A stretch of DNA of 64,000 bases from Marsupella aquatica (GCA_973895155.1 OZ316893.1:16770645-16834644); one strand, 5' to 3'. Positions 24,380 through 39,599 are shown, counted from the first letter of the stretch. Made by a program: numbers and translations. Notes: a model not told the origin generated them from the letters alone.

Positions 24380-26891
24380 TCAACACGGACGCCCCATAAG
24401 GACTCTTACTATGACAAATGAACCCTTGGTCAATTAACTCTTCCAAGGCATTCTTCAACATCATTCGTTCGTTCAGGTTCAGACAATAAGGAGCTTTTGC
24501 CTGAGGAACCGAACCTGGCTCCAACTCAACTTGGTGATCCACTACCCTCTGTGGGGGTAAACCTTTAGGTAGCTTCTGCAAGAGCATGTAATTGAATTCC
24601 TCTAGAATTTCAGGAATTCGACCGTAGTCGGGCCCGACCTTAGTTGACTTAGCTTTTGGCTGCTTAGTAGCCTCTTTAACTGGGTGGAGATGAAAGAAGA
24701 AGCGTTCATGTCCACCCTTGAAGTCCTTCCACCATTGCTTTGCTGATACACACGGAGACAACCATGACACTTTACTTGCTTTGTGAAATCTTTCTTTATT
24801 TTTAGTAATTTTGTGTACAACAATGGGCTCACCGCCCTTATTGGAAAAATTGAGCACCTCATCCCCCAGTTTTGAGGTAACATTGTGCTTTTTGAGATAG
24901 CCTACTAACAAAATGAAGTCTATGGCTAGGCCCTCTAGAACGTAGAACATCTCCTGACTAACAAATTTTTGTTGTTCGCCTATGACCTCTACCCAAAGTC
25001 TATGTACCACTCTCGACACCATCCCTTTTGTGTCATTGGCGAATTTGCACACTAACGGTTGTAATAACTCTTGCACATCCACCCCAAGACGTGCAGTCTC
25101 CTGCCCGCTTATGAAGTAGGCTGTCACACCTATATCCATCAAAGCAATACCCAAATTACCGTTAGAAGTGACATTCACAAAAATCAGTTTGTCGGGTTCC
25201 ATTGTCTTAACCTTAGGTGCTTTCTCTTGCAAGGACCTTGTAAACTACTAAGGGTTTGGTTAGAGCAATACTTACTTTAAAGCTCTTTTGCCATGCATCT
25301 CTGCTCGGCTTGCCACCTTTCGTGGGACAATCCTTACTTTGACGGTCCATGGCACCACATGTGAAGCACGAGCCTTCTGCCCACCTCTTCTCCATGAGCG
25401 CCTACTTTTTTGCTTTCTACGCCAACAGGGGTCCTTTCTTAAAGTTGTTGGTTTTCTGGTTGCACTCCGCGTCTCCATTTTGGGGCTGAGGATCCAAACC
25501 ACCGGCCCTAAAGCTCATCTACATTACACATTTTTGAGCGTGCCGCTTTGGGTACTTAGTGGTGACATGAGCATGGAGACCCTCAACCAGGTTTTCCAAG
25601 TTAATGGCAAGGAGGAGTCTTCTCACACCTTCTTCCAAAACTTGTACCAAGTCAAGGCATAGTTGTTCAGGTAAGGAGCGGCTGCGGTAGCCCAAGTGGA
25701 TCGCTCTACACATGCTTGGAGATAAATCTCCATTGTGGAGAGCCAACTCAAGAACTTTTTCCACTCTGCTCATAGGCCCCGTCATAAGTTGGAGGAGTCG
25801 GTAGTTGGTTCACTTGGAAATACTCCATCCAACTACCATTCCCCCTTTGGGACGCGACGTGCTTTGACTACAAAGACTTAGTAAGTACTTGATTTGGGCC
25901 CCCTTGTTGTGTTCCAACTGCTCATAAATGAGACCTTGGTCTTGAGTCAATGGTCCCAAACCATCGTCAGCGGCTGGGACCTTGCGGGTTGTATGAGGAC
26001 GGTCATCCAACCACCTTTCCTTTGCAGGCCGCCTGTCCTTAGGTTCACGTGTTGATTTTGGTGACACCCCCCGCGTCTTGTGGACACCATGACCTCTCTG
26101 GGGCTGTGGCATCACCCTCATCACCCTGATTGTGCTTGGTCAAATTATCCACGATGATGTCTAGCTTGACATCATCCGCTGGTTCCACATCCAACCATTT
26201 TAAGGTTGGGATAAGTCCCTCTTTTGGGTCCTGACCCTCTCCCTCCAATTTGGCTTTGAATCATTGTCGCTCTCATCTAAGTTGGTGCTGTCCTTGCTTG
26301 ACTCATCTTTAGGAGGGTCAACCACCTCCTTCCCTTTAAGTTGACGGCACTTTGTACTTGAGTATTTTCTGCGGTGGCTGGCGGTTTGGCTGCCATGTCC
26401 TTGTCTTCCTGCTTGTAGTGTTCGTCTAGGGAAGTCGACCCGTCCTCTTTCTGTTCATCTTGAACGTGGGCCCCTCCCTTGGCAAGAAGAACTTTCCTGC
26501 CACTCTTTGATCGAGTGTTCTTAACCATGTCTCCAGTGACCGAATTTGCCTGCAGTCAACCCGCCGGGCATGTTGAAGCACTAAGTCCCCACAAAATTCC
26601 GTTTGGATTTTTGGATTCCGTTTTAGCCCAACTCTGGCCTGGTGTCTATGCCAACAATTGCTTTGATACCACAAGTGGTGGACCTTGCCACCTAGTGCCC
26701 TCACCAATTCCAGCACCCACTACTAAGTGCTCCTAGTGCCCAAACACCTCCATGGAACTTCTTGAGCAAGCAACTCAATGCTCCTTGCACCGTTCGCAGC
26801 CCCTCCCATCCGAAGCCACACTTGCTCCCTAACACGACGGTCGCTCAATGGCCCTCATTGTCTGCACAAGCAACCAAGTACCTTGGTAAGA
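24380..26891 (-). mobile_element. Truncated Ty3/gypsy (chromovirus-like) element: partial 5' LTR, Met PBS, degenerate gag, protease, start of RT
   Basis: LPKGLPPQRVVDHQVELEPG..SKSPYGASVL, knuckle CFTCGAMDRQSKDC, ALMDIGVT protease. PBS TGGTATCAAAGC at 26671-26660. LTR 26674-26891 is homologous to the 3' end of 44952-46389. Confidence 0.85.
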
Positions 26892-29249
26892 TCATAAGCT
26901 TATGCCCTAAACTGTGAGCCAAGGTATTGGTGTTGCTAACTTTGGCCATCCAGCCAAAGCAACCCTGTGCTTGCGATCCACCATTGACACACCCAATAGT
27001 GGGAAGAGGCTATCCATGAGAAGTAGCAACTGACATGGCAGAGTGAAGGGACCACACACACAGAAGCTTGTGGGACAAGCAATTTGTGGCACACAAAAGT
27101 AGCACAGGCCAAGGATCGAGGACAGCTGCCTCTTACACAGCATCAGCTAGCAAGTCGTGACTCCATGGGATCGCAACAGACTCGATCAGGTGCTAGATAA
27201 TACATTCAAAGGAAATGTCATTTATTATTTACTCATATGATACATATGAATGACGTCTATGGTTGAATGGATGGCATGCTAAAACCACCAATAAAATGGA
27301 ACAAACTAGAGCTTGGATGACTCGTCTTTTACCGGCCCATGTCTCCCTGCAATTGTCTAGACATCGCTGTAGAAACATGGGACTAGAAATCGTGTGTATT
27401 GCAGCACAATCTTGATCGAGTGGGTGGGGCTGAACAAAGACACTGGATATGTGAATGGATATAGTCTATCCGTTCCCGGGAAAAGAACAAGGCCTATGCT
27501 TAGTGCTCTGGACACAACATTCAATCTCGTACTACTGTCACCAAGCAGCACCTAACATTGAAATAAAATCAATTGAGTGGGTATTTGTTGATCGATATGT
27601 TTTGAACATGGAGTACAAACACAATACAAGAGCACTGCACAGGATTAGAATGTATCAATGCAATAATAAAAGACGTATAAATATTAACTTGAGTCTCTTA
27701 TGTGTGGGAATGAATGATCGATGCTCTATATTTGTTGGGTTCAATGGAACAACCGATAAGCGAACATAAGACCTGATTAATTGCAGGATGTGAGATATAT
27801 ATGCATACAGATATGTATGTAAATCTCTCTCCTGAAGACTGATCTCTAGTATGAGCACAACAATGAAATGCTCCTCCAACCCCCTCCACACTGGTCTAAC
27901 CTTAGCAATCCTTTACCATGGTTAAGCTGCGCCCTAGTTAACCTAACCAGGCATTAGAGTTAAATCCCAACACATTGTGATGCACTGCACGCACCTGTAC
28001 AAAGCTGGAATCCATACTCTGCCTTTTGTTGCAGATCGTCGATGAAATCTGGGATATTACCGAGAGGAAGAACGATGCTGGTCTGGCACAATGGGCAAAA
28101 AAGCTACAAAGGTGTTGTGACTGACTACGTTGAAAAAAACCATTTTTGTACGATTTTTTGTCTGTTTGAAATCTGCTCGAATGCTATGTGCTCTAGCCAA
28201 GATATCATAGTGATGAGTTGACTAATTTTCTGCTAGTCCATGTCCCTTGTAGCCATCCGTACAACACTATAAAAAGACATGGGACATGAAATTTTGCTTT
28301 TAACTCATGATTTCTACCTTGTGACAGGGGCACAGGGTCTGTGGATCTCTTCAGTCATGTGATCCCTAGGGAAAGTGTGAGGCCCATGCTCAGTGTCCTT
28401 GACTAGACATTAGAGTACGACGCCACTATTGTAGCTCATTGAAAAATCCCATGTGTAAATGAAGACACTTGATTTCAATTTATAGAGTGGCTATAGAGAG
28501 GCTATGTCATGACTAAACCCATGTTATGTGTGTATGATGGATACCACTCTTGGGGTGTTGATTTCCAAAAATTGTAAGAACCACATGCAATCCAAATTTG
28601 GGTTTCACCCCCAGATATGGTGCATGGGAGATGGAATTGTAGTAACCACTTACAATCCAATATCCTTAAGTGATCACTTGTCCAAACTTTATCTATTACT
28701 TCAAGGATAGAATGCTCTTGTGTCGTCCAAGGTCCTTCCTTTAACGAACTAGCATATACTGGGGGCCTTTGGAAATTGAATTTAGGTATGTTGACTCCCA
28801 TCTGATATTTTCACTCCCGGATATGGTGCATGGGAGGTGGAATGTCAATGACACTCAGCCTCAACGGCTTCCCATTGTGGCCAACAAAGATTTTGATGTG
28901 GTAACTGTGCTGTGTGGCCAATAGGGAATTTGGTGCATTCAGGATATGGTCTACTAAAAGTGAAGGAATGGTGCAATCTCTGTGAGCAACTGGAGCATCT
29001 CAGGAGATTCACTCTGGGAGAGAGAGATCAAGGGACTGCTGCAGGGAGTTCTCAAGAACAATCAGCAAGATCGATGGCTCTTGCTTGAATTATGTAACTG
29101 GCCCTATTTGTTGGCGGTGAGCTGACAGACCAATTCCTATGAACATCTTCAAGATCACTAACCAGAGTGCTTGCCTTCTCCTTTGCCGCCTGTAGGGGAT
29201 TGCGAAGTCTGAATCGCACTTGGGGCAGGACAAAAATTGAAAGAGAAAG

Positions 29250-29700
29250 GAATGCAAGATGAACTGGTTTGTGGTGCTCTGACTCCTCACCAGCTAAGAC
29301 ATTTGGATGGACAGTCCTTGCTTCAGGTTTGTTTACTGGTGTGAGAGCAGTCTGCATTGCTAAAGGAGATGGGTACTGAAAATTGTGCAGCAGAGTTGTT
29401 GAAACTATTCCCCATCTGTTTGCTCAGTGTGTGCATGCTAGGAAATGTTGGGCATTGGGTGCTGGTTGCTTCCAAGGCACCTTTGCTGCCTACTTGGATA
29501 GGCTGCTAGCGATGTTTGATCTGCTGACAGGGGGAGAGAACACAGAAAACTTGCCAAGCTATTTATTTTCTATCAGATTCTGTGGTCCTTAATGGCAAAG
29601 TCAGAACGTGCTTGGTTCAGGCAAATGGCTCCATGAAATTTGATCTTAGATTTATCCTGTCACAGGCGGCTCATCCCATCGGAAAAATAGACATAACATA
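29250..29700 (+). pseudogene. LINE 3' fragment (zf-RVT)
   Basis: GLFTGVRA..KGDG..LCSRVVETIPHLFAQCVHARKCW parallels the zf-RVT at 10580-10710. Confidence 0.7.
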
Positions 29701-29944
29701 AGCAACTCCACGCAAGCATCCTTAGGGGTTACATCCTTAGGAGTTACATACTGGAGTAAGGTGGGCACTAGCGTAATTCCGCAAATGCCTACAGGGTGCA
29801 ATTTCTTGATTTAATGAAGTACTGTCCATGGTCAGGACTAGCCTAAAGCTATCTCTTTCAAATGGTCAACCCCAAGAGCGGACAATAGACTGCAGGGCCC
29901 GCTCATTCATTCATCGTCGACGAAACCATGGCAGAGAAACGTTG

Positions 29945-32900
29945 CTACCCTGTGCGATTCACTGATTGTTGTTGGTAAGCCCGTAAGAAGAGCGAGTTGG
30001 AAACCACCGCAATCGAGCTTGCAGCCATCATTCCCCCTGCGAATCAAAATCAGGTTAGAAATGCCACTCAGGGAATACCAAGAATACAAACATTTGTAGT
30101 CATCCTTTGGCATTCAGTCACAGGTTCCCGAAATTCCGACACTTACCTGCAATGGATGGTGTCAATGCGAAATCAAATACTGGAAGGAGGATTCCAGCAG
30201 CCAAAGGTAAGGATACCACGTTGTATACCAGCGCCCAAGCAAGATTTTGATGGATTTTGGAAAGAATTGCCCGCGAGAGCTCAATAGCCTCAACAACCTG
30301 AGAATCTCAATGAAAGGTTAAAACTACAATAAATGGGGTCCGAAGTCATGCGAAGTCCGATATTTCTTTCATGCTAAGACCAAAACGTAGGCAAGAAGCG
30401 ACTTCCTAAGTTCTAACAAAATTGCGGTGGACCTTCCACAGTCTACCTCACAAGAGCTTCACCTCACACGGGCTTCACAAAATATCGATGAAATTCCTTA
30501 TCTCATCTTTTTAATTGTTCCCTCCATAAAAGGTAGCATCTTACATCGCTAAGTTGAATCTACACTTCCAGGATTCAAAACGTCTAGGTTGGAGCTAGGG
30601 CAGTTGTGAATGATATTGGACAAAAGATACGCGTGGCCACAATTGGGACAGGTAGGTCACTTGGGTTAAGGAGGGATACGCTTCTGGCTAGCATGTAGAA
30701 TATAAAGGCACAGCCTATCATAAGGTATGGAAACAAAACCGGCTCAGTTGAATCAGACCCATAGGGACCACATCATAGATGACAACAGTGTACCGAAGAA
30801 CCATTGATAGGGCAAGGAATACAAACTTGCAGCCCAACCCCACCAATACAACACCAACACCAAAAGACATGAACAAAACAATTCAGCCCCTCGTTCTCTC
30901 TTAAAGCTAGAAGAGTCACCTACGTCTACTTGACAAGAGTATCAATTTTCTTCATTGGCGTCGCCACAATTGACACTGACTTGACTTCTAGAATTAAGAG
31001 AAGAATTGAGGGAACTGTCCCTCTTGGAACATTCTATGTATTGGTCTCACGAGCTTGAGCTTGTGGAGAGCTATATTATGTTTACAACCTATCTAATAAA
31101 TCGCGATAAAAAGCTAGGATATGGGCCTACGGTCTAGAGTGAAGCTTCTAGACCGTGACTCTCGTGCACCACTATGATTGGGGGTGGAACTGGGACGGGT
31201 GTGATTATGAGGCACCACTGTGATTGGGGGTGGAATTGAGACGGGTGTGATTCTGGGCACCACTATGATTTGGGGTGGAATTGAGACGGGTGTGACTCTG
31301 GGGCTCCACTATGATTTGGGGTGGAATTGGGACGGATATGATGGTACCCACCATCTATTTATGAGCAAAGCTCGGGCATTCAGGCTAGCGTGTATGAACA
31401 ACTTGCATTTTTCACCAAGACCATCTTATAATTAGTTGACCTTCATTAGTCTGAAAGTCTGCTGAACGGTCACTCTGCAACCAAGCAATGACCGATGCTC
31501 ATACAATGAAGAGAATGGTGACCTGAGAAAGGCGATTCCGGAGTAGAATCACTGATGCAGCATCAGAGGCGGCATCAATACTCGCGTGTACCTTGAGGGC
31601 CATCCCAACATCTGCACATGCCAATGCTGGTGCATCGTTCACTCCATCCCCAACCTGCAGGTAAAACAAGGTCTCGAACTGACTCACAAGGTTTGAAAGC
31701 CAACATGTTTGGTTTCGAAGACGAGGGATAATCCACATCTTGCTGGGCTGTGCATGAATGAAGAAACAGGTTACTCCAGTCTCACCATGGCCACACGATA
31801 GCCTTGCTCTTGTAAGCATAGGACAAGCTGAGATTTCTCTTGTGGACGCAGCTCGGCATGGACTGCACCTTCCCTTATGCCAACTTCATCAGCTACGAGG
31901 GCGACAGAGGCAAGTTTGTCCCCCGACAAAACTAGTGTCTGCGTTTTCATATTCTGTAATCTACCATACCCACAAGCCACGTTCACACGATCAGGGGCGC
32001 CATATTGCTTGAGATATAGTTAGACTCTGATTGCACCAATTGTGGGATGGAGTAAGACATGTAAACGGTGTTCACAAACTTGATCGAAATACTGAGACTA
32101 CCAGCCGATCACTCACCTTCGAACGGTGTCTCGAGCATCATTTCGTAGTCTGTCTGTCAAAGCAATTGCTCCAATAACTCCCTTTCCATCTATTCCAACA
32201 AAAACTACAGTCTGAGACTGATGTAGGGATGACGAGTCCATTTTCTTCCCCAAAGAGTCCCGCAAGCTTTGTTCGAGTCCATGATCTCCTAACGAATTGC
32301 CCCCTGTGTTTCGAGTGCAACATCCTTGTACCCACTCAAATAGTCCGACCGCTACAATAGAACCATTCACTTCAGCCAGTGCACCACACCCAGGTTCTGT
32401 AAGTTGACCTTGACTAGAATGGATATCTAAGTAAGACAATTCCACGTGTCGAATTATTGCCGAAGCAATGGGATGAGATGTATTTTTCTCCACAGCAGCG
32501 GCTAATTGCACAACTTCTTCAATGGTGTAATCCTTAACAGTTGTCACTGCAGCAACACTTGGATATCCTTCTGTCAAAGTTCCTGTCTGTCACGAGTAAA
32601 ACGTACGCAGTCAGAACGACTTTAATTTAACATATATGCGTTGCACCCTGTGAACTGTCGAAGTTCTTCCCCTTTGATAGAGACAGCTAGTACTTACAGC
32701 CAACCCTGGTTTACACAATAACGGTCACAGTAATTCACAAATGCAGACGGCGGTGCGAAAGAAATAGAAACAAGAGGGGTTCCATATGTATACCTTGTCA
32801 AATATTACCGCATTCACACCAGCTAAGCGCTCTAGAACATCACCTCCTCGAATCAGAAGTCCTTGTTTAGCCCCTAGCAACAGTACAGTGCATTATTGCG

Positions 32901-35900
32901 GGGTCAAGGCTCTCCCCAACAACACACTACTATAAAATAATTGGCATCCATTTTTTCTCTACAAACATAGAGATGGCCACTTGTAAAAGTTAACAGATGG
33001 TGTCACTCAAAATATAGGCCAACGACAATGTGCTATCACACTCCCTTGTCTTACCAAGAGAAGTGCCCACCAATACTGCTGTTGGAGTTGCCAAGCCAAG
33101 GGCACAAGGGCAAGCAACGACCTGCAGAATTGACACACCCACGATACCTCAAAATACAAGAAACGAGCCTGGACACTTCTGCCCATTATGGCAGATACTT
33201 CCAGGTCGTCATGACAACTGTTCTGCCATACAACAGTTCAATAAACGTTGTCCACACCCTAACCCCACCATTTCTCACCCTATCAATAAGTCTACTACTA
33301 AAGAGTACACTGAAAGACTAGCTTATATTTCCTTCTTTGAATGTTCGAAAAGCAGATGGATTATTTCTCGGTTGAACGAGATATTACGACAAGTAAATGT
33401 TGGACTAAAAAAGTGTTCATCGTGCTTGTCATTGACAAGCCATAGCTCCAAGGTTCAAGCCGTGTGCCAATACCAAGCATGTGTCAGCTTGACATGTTTA
33501 AGGGACCCCAAAATATAAAAGCAAAAAGAAAACGTATGGTTGATTGATCAAGTGCAAAGGATGAGACGCTTAGCTCGTCTTGAACAGGAGAAAGGCAAGA
33601 CGTAACTCACAAGAACATCAATAGCGAGCTTGAGGCTTAACAGAAGTGCACTGCCATCAGGACCTGCGGCATCATTAAGAAGAACATCTGGCCAAAGATT
33701 GGTCCCAAGAAAGTACCTGGATCAATGGCAAGAAACGAGATGATCAAAGGGGAAGCAAGGTAGAATGAGAAGTACAGGGAACATAGGAGTAAGTTAGCGA
33801 CAGGTCAGAAACAAACCAAAAGGAGAATGTGGTTCCAGAAAGTGCGATGATGCAAAAAGCGAACGGGCCTGCAATAAGATCTGCTAGTCGTTGTACTGGC
33901 GCTTCCCGCCCTTGCGCTTCCTCTACCTGTTCACCAAACTCAATTCAGTAGCTATTTTCTCCGAATGATAAACAGGAACACCGGCTAGTTGGCCTACTGC
34001 CGCCTGGAGGATACCTCATTAGTTTCTTTGTCTAGGTGAGACAGCCTGCTAAGTCAAGCTAAACTATGAGACCATGCTGTAATAATGACGAGCCACTTTT
34101 GAAGATCAATTTCTGTAGAGCATAGTTAGGAATTTGGGTGCCGGGGAACCACTAACGAGGGCATTGACTTTGTCAGAGGACAATTTCTCAAACAGTTTCC
34201 CACGTAACCTTGCAGAATACAATGCATAACATCAAAATCTACTTGGCAGTAATTGAAAAGGGTCCTGTGCCGAAACAAGAACACACCAATTGGATAATAT
34301 TTGAGACGGTGGATAAAGCTCCTGAAGTAGTAGCTTCAACTCTTAAAGGCCCCTCCTGAGATAGTAAACACATCGGTTTTGAAACTTCTCAATGTTGGTT
34401 CCACAACTACCAGAAAGTGGCCGGGCCAGTTTATGACCACAACGAACACACACATATAGGACAGCATGAAGCGCCATGGTATAAAGTTACCACCAGTTTG
34501 TCTCTTCATATTCAAAGCAAAGTGAACACAATCAAACAAAACATTTTTGGTTCTGTGTCCAACAAGGTTCAAGCATTTACCCAGTTGATAGTTCCTGCTG
34601 ACACAAGAAGACCCTTGGCCTTCGGTACAGGAAGAGGTTCGCCAGTGAGCATGGACTCGTCCACAACGCTCCTTCCGGCAACAACCTCCCCCTGTGAAAT
34701 GTCACAGGCCCCGTTTAATGAATTGACCTCCTTGCCCTCAGGTTATTCAACTGTATGCCGATAAAGCACCTCTTGGAAGAAACACTTACATCAACCGGAA
34801 TAGTTTCACCAGGTAGGACTAGCAGACAATCGCCAAGCCTCACTTGTTCAGTTGGAACTCCAACAACCAACCCTTCAGTCACTCCCACTGCCTCATCTTT
34901 AGATACTTCACTTCTTCCAACTTCAGACACTACTAGTCGGGATGTGGAGGGCAACAATGACTGTTGACACAGTAACAGTGAACACAAAACATCAGTATAA
35001 TGCTCCACATTTCGGAACAAAGAAACTATCCCATTTTCAGTTGACAGAAGAATCAAAGAATATTATAAAAATAGAAGAACCAGACTATCTCAACTGCACG
35101 AAAATAAAATCATGTCCAACAAACATCTTACTAGAAGTTCTTGCATACTGCTAGAGGCTTCGGCACGAGCTTGTCGCTCCAATGCACGGCCCAGGAGCAC
35201 AAAAGCCAACAACATAACCTGTGAGAACAGAAAGGCTGTAGCCATCAGCAACTTGGAAATCAAAACCAAACACACTATATGAAGTTGCAAAGATCTTCTC
35301 ATGTCTACCTTCGTTCATTTTGCAGACACTGACATTGTACTCATTTACTTCAATAGTTCGGTTGAAAGAAAAAATGTAATAGCCCGATTGCTAAAAGTGT
35401 ACTAACTGTGATATGGCTGCCGTTAGTTCATTTTGCAGACACTGACATTGTACTGATTTACTTCAATAGTTCGGTTGAAAGGAAAAATGTAATAGCCCGA
35501 TTGCTAAAAGTGTACTAACTGTGATATGGCTGCCGTTACCGAACGTCTTGCATGAATTAACTTTAACAAGTCAAGATTTCCACCGTATAGTCTGGACTGG
35601 ATGCAGAGAGACAACTAATTGAAACTTGCAAATTGAAAGGTTGGATTCAGCACCGGTTCGTCAAAGAATGAAGCATCCCAGTTGAGAAATGGGAAGGCCA
35701 ATGAAACCTGACGAAAACAAGCATCTATTAAATTTAAATGTCATATTTCACAATACTAGCAAATTACTTCAAGTGGCCACTAACAGCAAGCATTCGGAAT
35801 TGGGGCAAAAGTGATATTTGCTTGAGAGTGGAGCAGCAAGCGTCAAAACTTACAGCACTGATGAGAAATGCTGCACATGCGCCAAAGCCAACAAGAGTGT

Positions 35901-37451
35901 TCATGTTGGGAGACCTTCGCAGAAAGGCCTTGAAACCATCCAGAAGAAGTTCTAAGTACCTCCAAAACATATCCCCCCATCAGTTCCAGAAACTACATGC
36001 TCTATGTTCAGGCTCTGCTTTAGATCGCCAAAGTAGTCTAGTAAGTATGAATAACAAAATCATCCTCCACAGTATGGTTTGGTCAACTTTGCTAGAGTAC
36101 ACTTTCCCATCTCACAATTTCAGCGGCACTCTGACGAAATGCGACATGCCCACAATTGCAGTCTAGGGTGCAATTATTATCACAACTAGATCAGCCATTG
36201 ACCAATGATCACAGAATTTGTTGAGAAAGAATAACAGAGCCAGGTGGGCAGACACAGAGCATACCTCTCGCTGGTCCCAGGAGTGTAAGAGAAGCAACGC
36301 TGGCCTTCCAGATTGGATTGTGCAGAATTCCAAAAGCATGGCCTGCAGATTCGGTCATCAAACCACGTAAAAAACTGAAAAACAATTCCCCCAAGTCGAG
36401 AGTAATTCGGTGATTTGAGTTATTTGTGTGCCTGACAGTAAGAGCACCGATATGCTTTATTCATTACAAGGAATTCTACACATCCAAGAAGAAGACAAAT
36501 AGAAACGGCAGAGAGTGGCGCAATCACTTCTCGCTTTCCCGGAGAGGAGAGGAGAGGAGAGGAGAGGAGAATTGCAGATTAAAGAATTTAAACAGGACTA
36601 TTGGTACTGAATGTACCTTCCATGAAGTCATGGACACCCAAAGAGTGCATGAAGTGAGTGGCATGGGTTCCACAACAAAGGGCAGCAAGAGCCCAAGCAA
36701 ACGTCACTTGCCCTCTGCTTCTTTTCATGAGATCCTTTCTCTTCCTAGCAAGCTCCTCTCGCTTTCTGCTAATGCTCCCCTCCGCGTTTCCTGGTAACCT
36801 GGGCCTCGAGGGAAATCCACAGACAGTAAGACGTGAAGCCAGCTCATCCCTAACTCTCCCTTTGTCCTCCGACGTCTTAAGGGAAATAGCTGCAGTTTCT
36901 GTCAGTATATTCACAGCAACTGAGTTCACCCTCTTGTCTGCTACTAGTAGATTACGAACCCTGGCTACACAAGCCCCGCACATCATCCCTTGTACATCTA
37001 GTACCACTGAATCAAAGCCCGGAACCTCATCTACAATGTTTCCCTGCAGCTCTGGCTCGACAAGACTCGCATCACTCAAAGCACAGAATTTCCTCGATTT
37101 TCTTGGTCCAACCCCAGCTCGATCACAGCTACCACCAATCTTCCATCCCAACCTCCTTGCAGAACCTTCGCACGTCAGAGACAAACAATGAACGACACCC
37201 CTAGAACCGTTAGCACCGCTTCGATGAAAGGCGAGATTGTCCACAAATGATAAGGTTCTTCCCTTGTTTAGTTTGTAACCCGAAACTTGCTTTCCACGAT
37301 GCAGACGACAAGCTGGTAGATGAAACCCTGAGAAAAATAAATTGCGCAAGCGTCTAACTCGGAAAGACTTCCAAGCCCTCTCATCCTCTAATCTAGAGCG
37401 AGATACACAGGAGAGGTGAGACGGCCACGAGCTGAGGGCTTGAAAAGACAT
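29945..37451 (-). CDS. HMA8: Chloroplast P1B-type copper-transporting ATPase, PAA2/HMA8-like, 17 exons
   Basis: Transit-peptide-like N-terminus, GMMCGAC, SPNMNTLVG, DASFFDEP, LPGETIPVD, TGEP, CPCALGLATP, FDK|TGTLT, SHPIA, GDGVNDAPALA, YN, MAASS. GT-AG exons approx.: 37451-36617, 36342-36265, 35951-35854, 35707-35654, 35218-35132, 34960-34790, 34691-34581, 34355-34288, 33926-33817, 33715-33611, 33121-33055, 32873-32794, 32586-32117, 31960-31786, 31654-31523, 30297-30147, 30036-29945. Confidence 0.93.
31155..31345. repeat. Intronic minisatellite, ~45-46 bp x4
   Basis: Unit approx. CACCACTATGATTGGGGGTGGAATTGAGACGGGTGTGATTCTGGG. Confidence 0.85.
35313..35538. repeat. Intronic 113-bp tandem duplication
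   Basis: gttcattttgcagacactgac...gatatggctgccgtta occurs twice, nearly identical. Confidence 0.9.
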
Positions 37452-38850
37452 GATGTCACCCTGTCCAAACCGTCATAGATGATAGATTATGTCCTCGATT
37501 TCACAAGGTGCAATGCAATATAAGTAATCCCCCGACTCATTCTGTGAATTTGACTACTTCTATTGACTACGTGGCCTTGAGCTGGGTTTCTGCTGTCGTG
37601 TCAAAGCCTGAAACACAAGCAACATTCAAGTGAGCAAGAATTCGCGGAGTTTGAAGAAAGAAATGGCATAGCGTCTATGCAAGGCAAATCATTCTGGCGA
37701 GTTGCCCAACCGGTGCATTATGAGAAGTCAAGTCTGACAGTTGTCATCTAAAGGCAAGGGAATCAATACCAGAGAAAGAGCCCAACGATGAGATAGAATG
37801 ACTATCCAGAGTATAAAAACTGTTTGAAGTCAACCACCCTATACAGAGTTGACAAAGCACGACTACAAGAAAGTTGAACTGGGTAAACCTCAAAAATTAA
37901 TTCCAGAGACTTAAGAGAGAAACGCAAACTCGTCTATACTACGAGCACAAAATGGAGTTTTCTTCCACAGCATTGAAGACGGAAAGTGAAAGCTGATAGA
38001 GAGAGAGTGAACATTACAAATTTAAGGATCACGTCGACTGCCAAGATTTGCATGCTGGACGAGGTTGAAGTAAAGCGCTTTCAGGTTGCTGCTGGGTTCA
38101 TCAATCACTTTCTGCAACATCGGACCTTGTGCTCTTTCGCTAGTTGCCGCAATAAGTCGATATAATATGTTAGAATGTGGGGACCGAGGCAATTTAGCAG
38201 GGTTGAGTTATAGCTAAGGCGACTACTAATGCGCCGCCTCCTAATGCTTTCGGAAACCCGCTGTCAATCGGGAATGTACATTCTTGATCACGGAATTATG
38301 TTCTCGACTCTGTTCGGACAGTGTAGAATTTTGAAATAACAATTGTTGTCAGGTCCTGTGGCATGTGAAGGGGAAGAAATCGTCCTGAGCAAACGTTTCT
38401 CCAAGAAGTGCCGCTACAATTTGGGAGAAACGCAGAGACAATCTAGGAGAAACGCCAGAGACGCAGTAGGCTAAAGAATATGAGTAACAGAATGTAGATC
38501 GAAATCTTCACTAGTGTATTGTGAAACAAAAGATCGAAATCAACCAGGTACGTCGCTATGGAGCTTTCTCACCTTGTATACTACGGTGACGGTAGTCGTG
38601 AGGAAGGGACTGATGCAGGAAAGGATACACTTATTCCAAACGACCTTCTTCTTATCCTTTCGTCCACCCATGGGCCCACAATGTCAGAAAGGGTTTGCTT
38701 TGGGTTTGCTTTCTGTTTTGGTTTGTCCTGGATAGAAAGATTCACCAAGTGGGAAACGGTGGAGTGATTTAAACCAGCTCTAGCCATATAGCATGCTCAT
38801 CCTGGAACATGCTTTACTTTTTGTCTTGTAGTGATATTAAGTGGACAAAA

Positions 38851-39020
38851 AATATAAATAAAATACATGCAATAAAAGCACATAGTGACCAATGGAAAGT
38901 ACAATTTTATTACACAAAATTGCTACCAGTTGTACACAATGAAATCAAATAATATAAATAAAGCACATGCAATAAAAGCACATAGTGACTAATGGAAAGT
39001 ACAATTTTATTACACAAAGA
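38851..39020. repeat. ~100-bp-period AT-rich duplication
   Basis: acatgcaataaaagcacatagtgac.aatggaaagtacaattttattacacaaa occurs twice. Confidence 0.8.
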
Positions 39021-39599
39021 TCCTACGAGTTGTGCACATATTTCAGTGTGTTTTATTAATAACTCTTATTCAATAAAAACCATAAACTTAGGAAATAAAG
39101 CCACAAGGGGAGCTTAAGACAGGATGTGCTGACATTTCTTAGAATCATTCCTTTCACTCATGAGTATACTTAAAAGCGGTAGAAAATGAAGCTCTTAGTT
39201 TCTCTTTAGGACTTAACAAAGTTTGCAAATTAAGGGGGCTGCCAAAATAAATTCAAAACACTATAGAATACCAAAAATTTTAAAAGGGGTCCAAAAATGA
39301 ATTAAAAATCTATGTGATACAAAGGATGCCCTTGTTAAGGTAAATTCAAATAAAAATTCATGATACACAAATATGAATAAGACAAAACATGAGAAGTTGG
39401 ATTCACCATATAGCAGCTTCAAAATTTCTATCCATAACAAAACCTGTATCCACAAGATTTTACCATCAATAGTACTATTTCCGTGAAATTGTTTAGTAAA
39501 ATGACACCGTGAGATGAGAGAAATGGGACAAGTCTTGGACTCCTCCCCAAGTCTTGGACTCCTCCCCATTTTATGTGCCTAAGGGCAGTTTAAGGGATA

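Noticed and set aside
28500-28950. Possible degenerate RT fragment with a short internal duplication
   Set aside because: Motif resemblance is too weak to support a call.
33028-37191. Plus-strand ORFs within the ATPase locus
   Set aside because: Antisense to HMA8 exons and introns, with no independent motifs.
29945-37451. PAA1/HMA6 assignment
   Set aside because: GMMCGAC, LCCGTHATH and DASFFDEP are closer to PAA2/HMA8 as recalled; a phylogeny would settle it.
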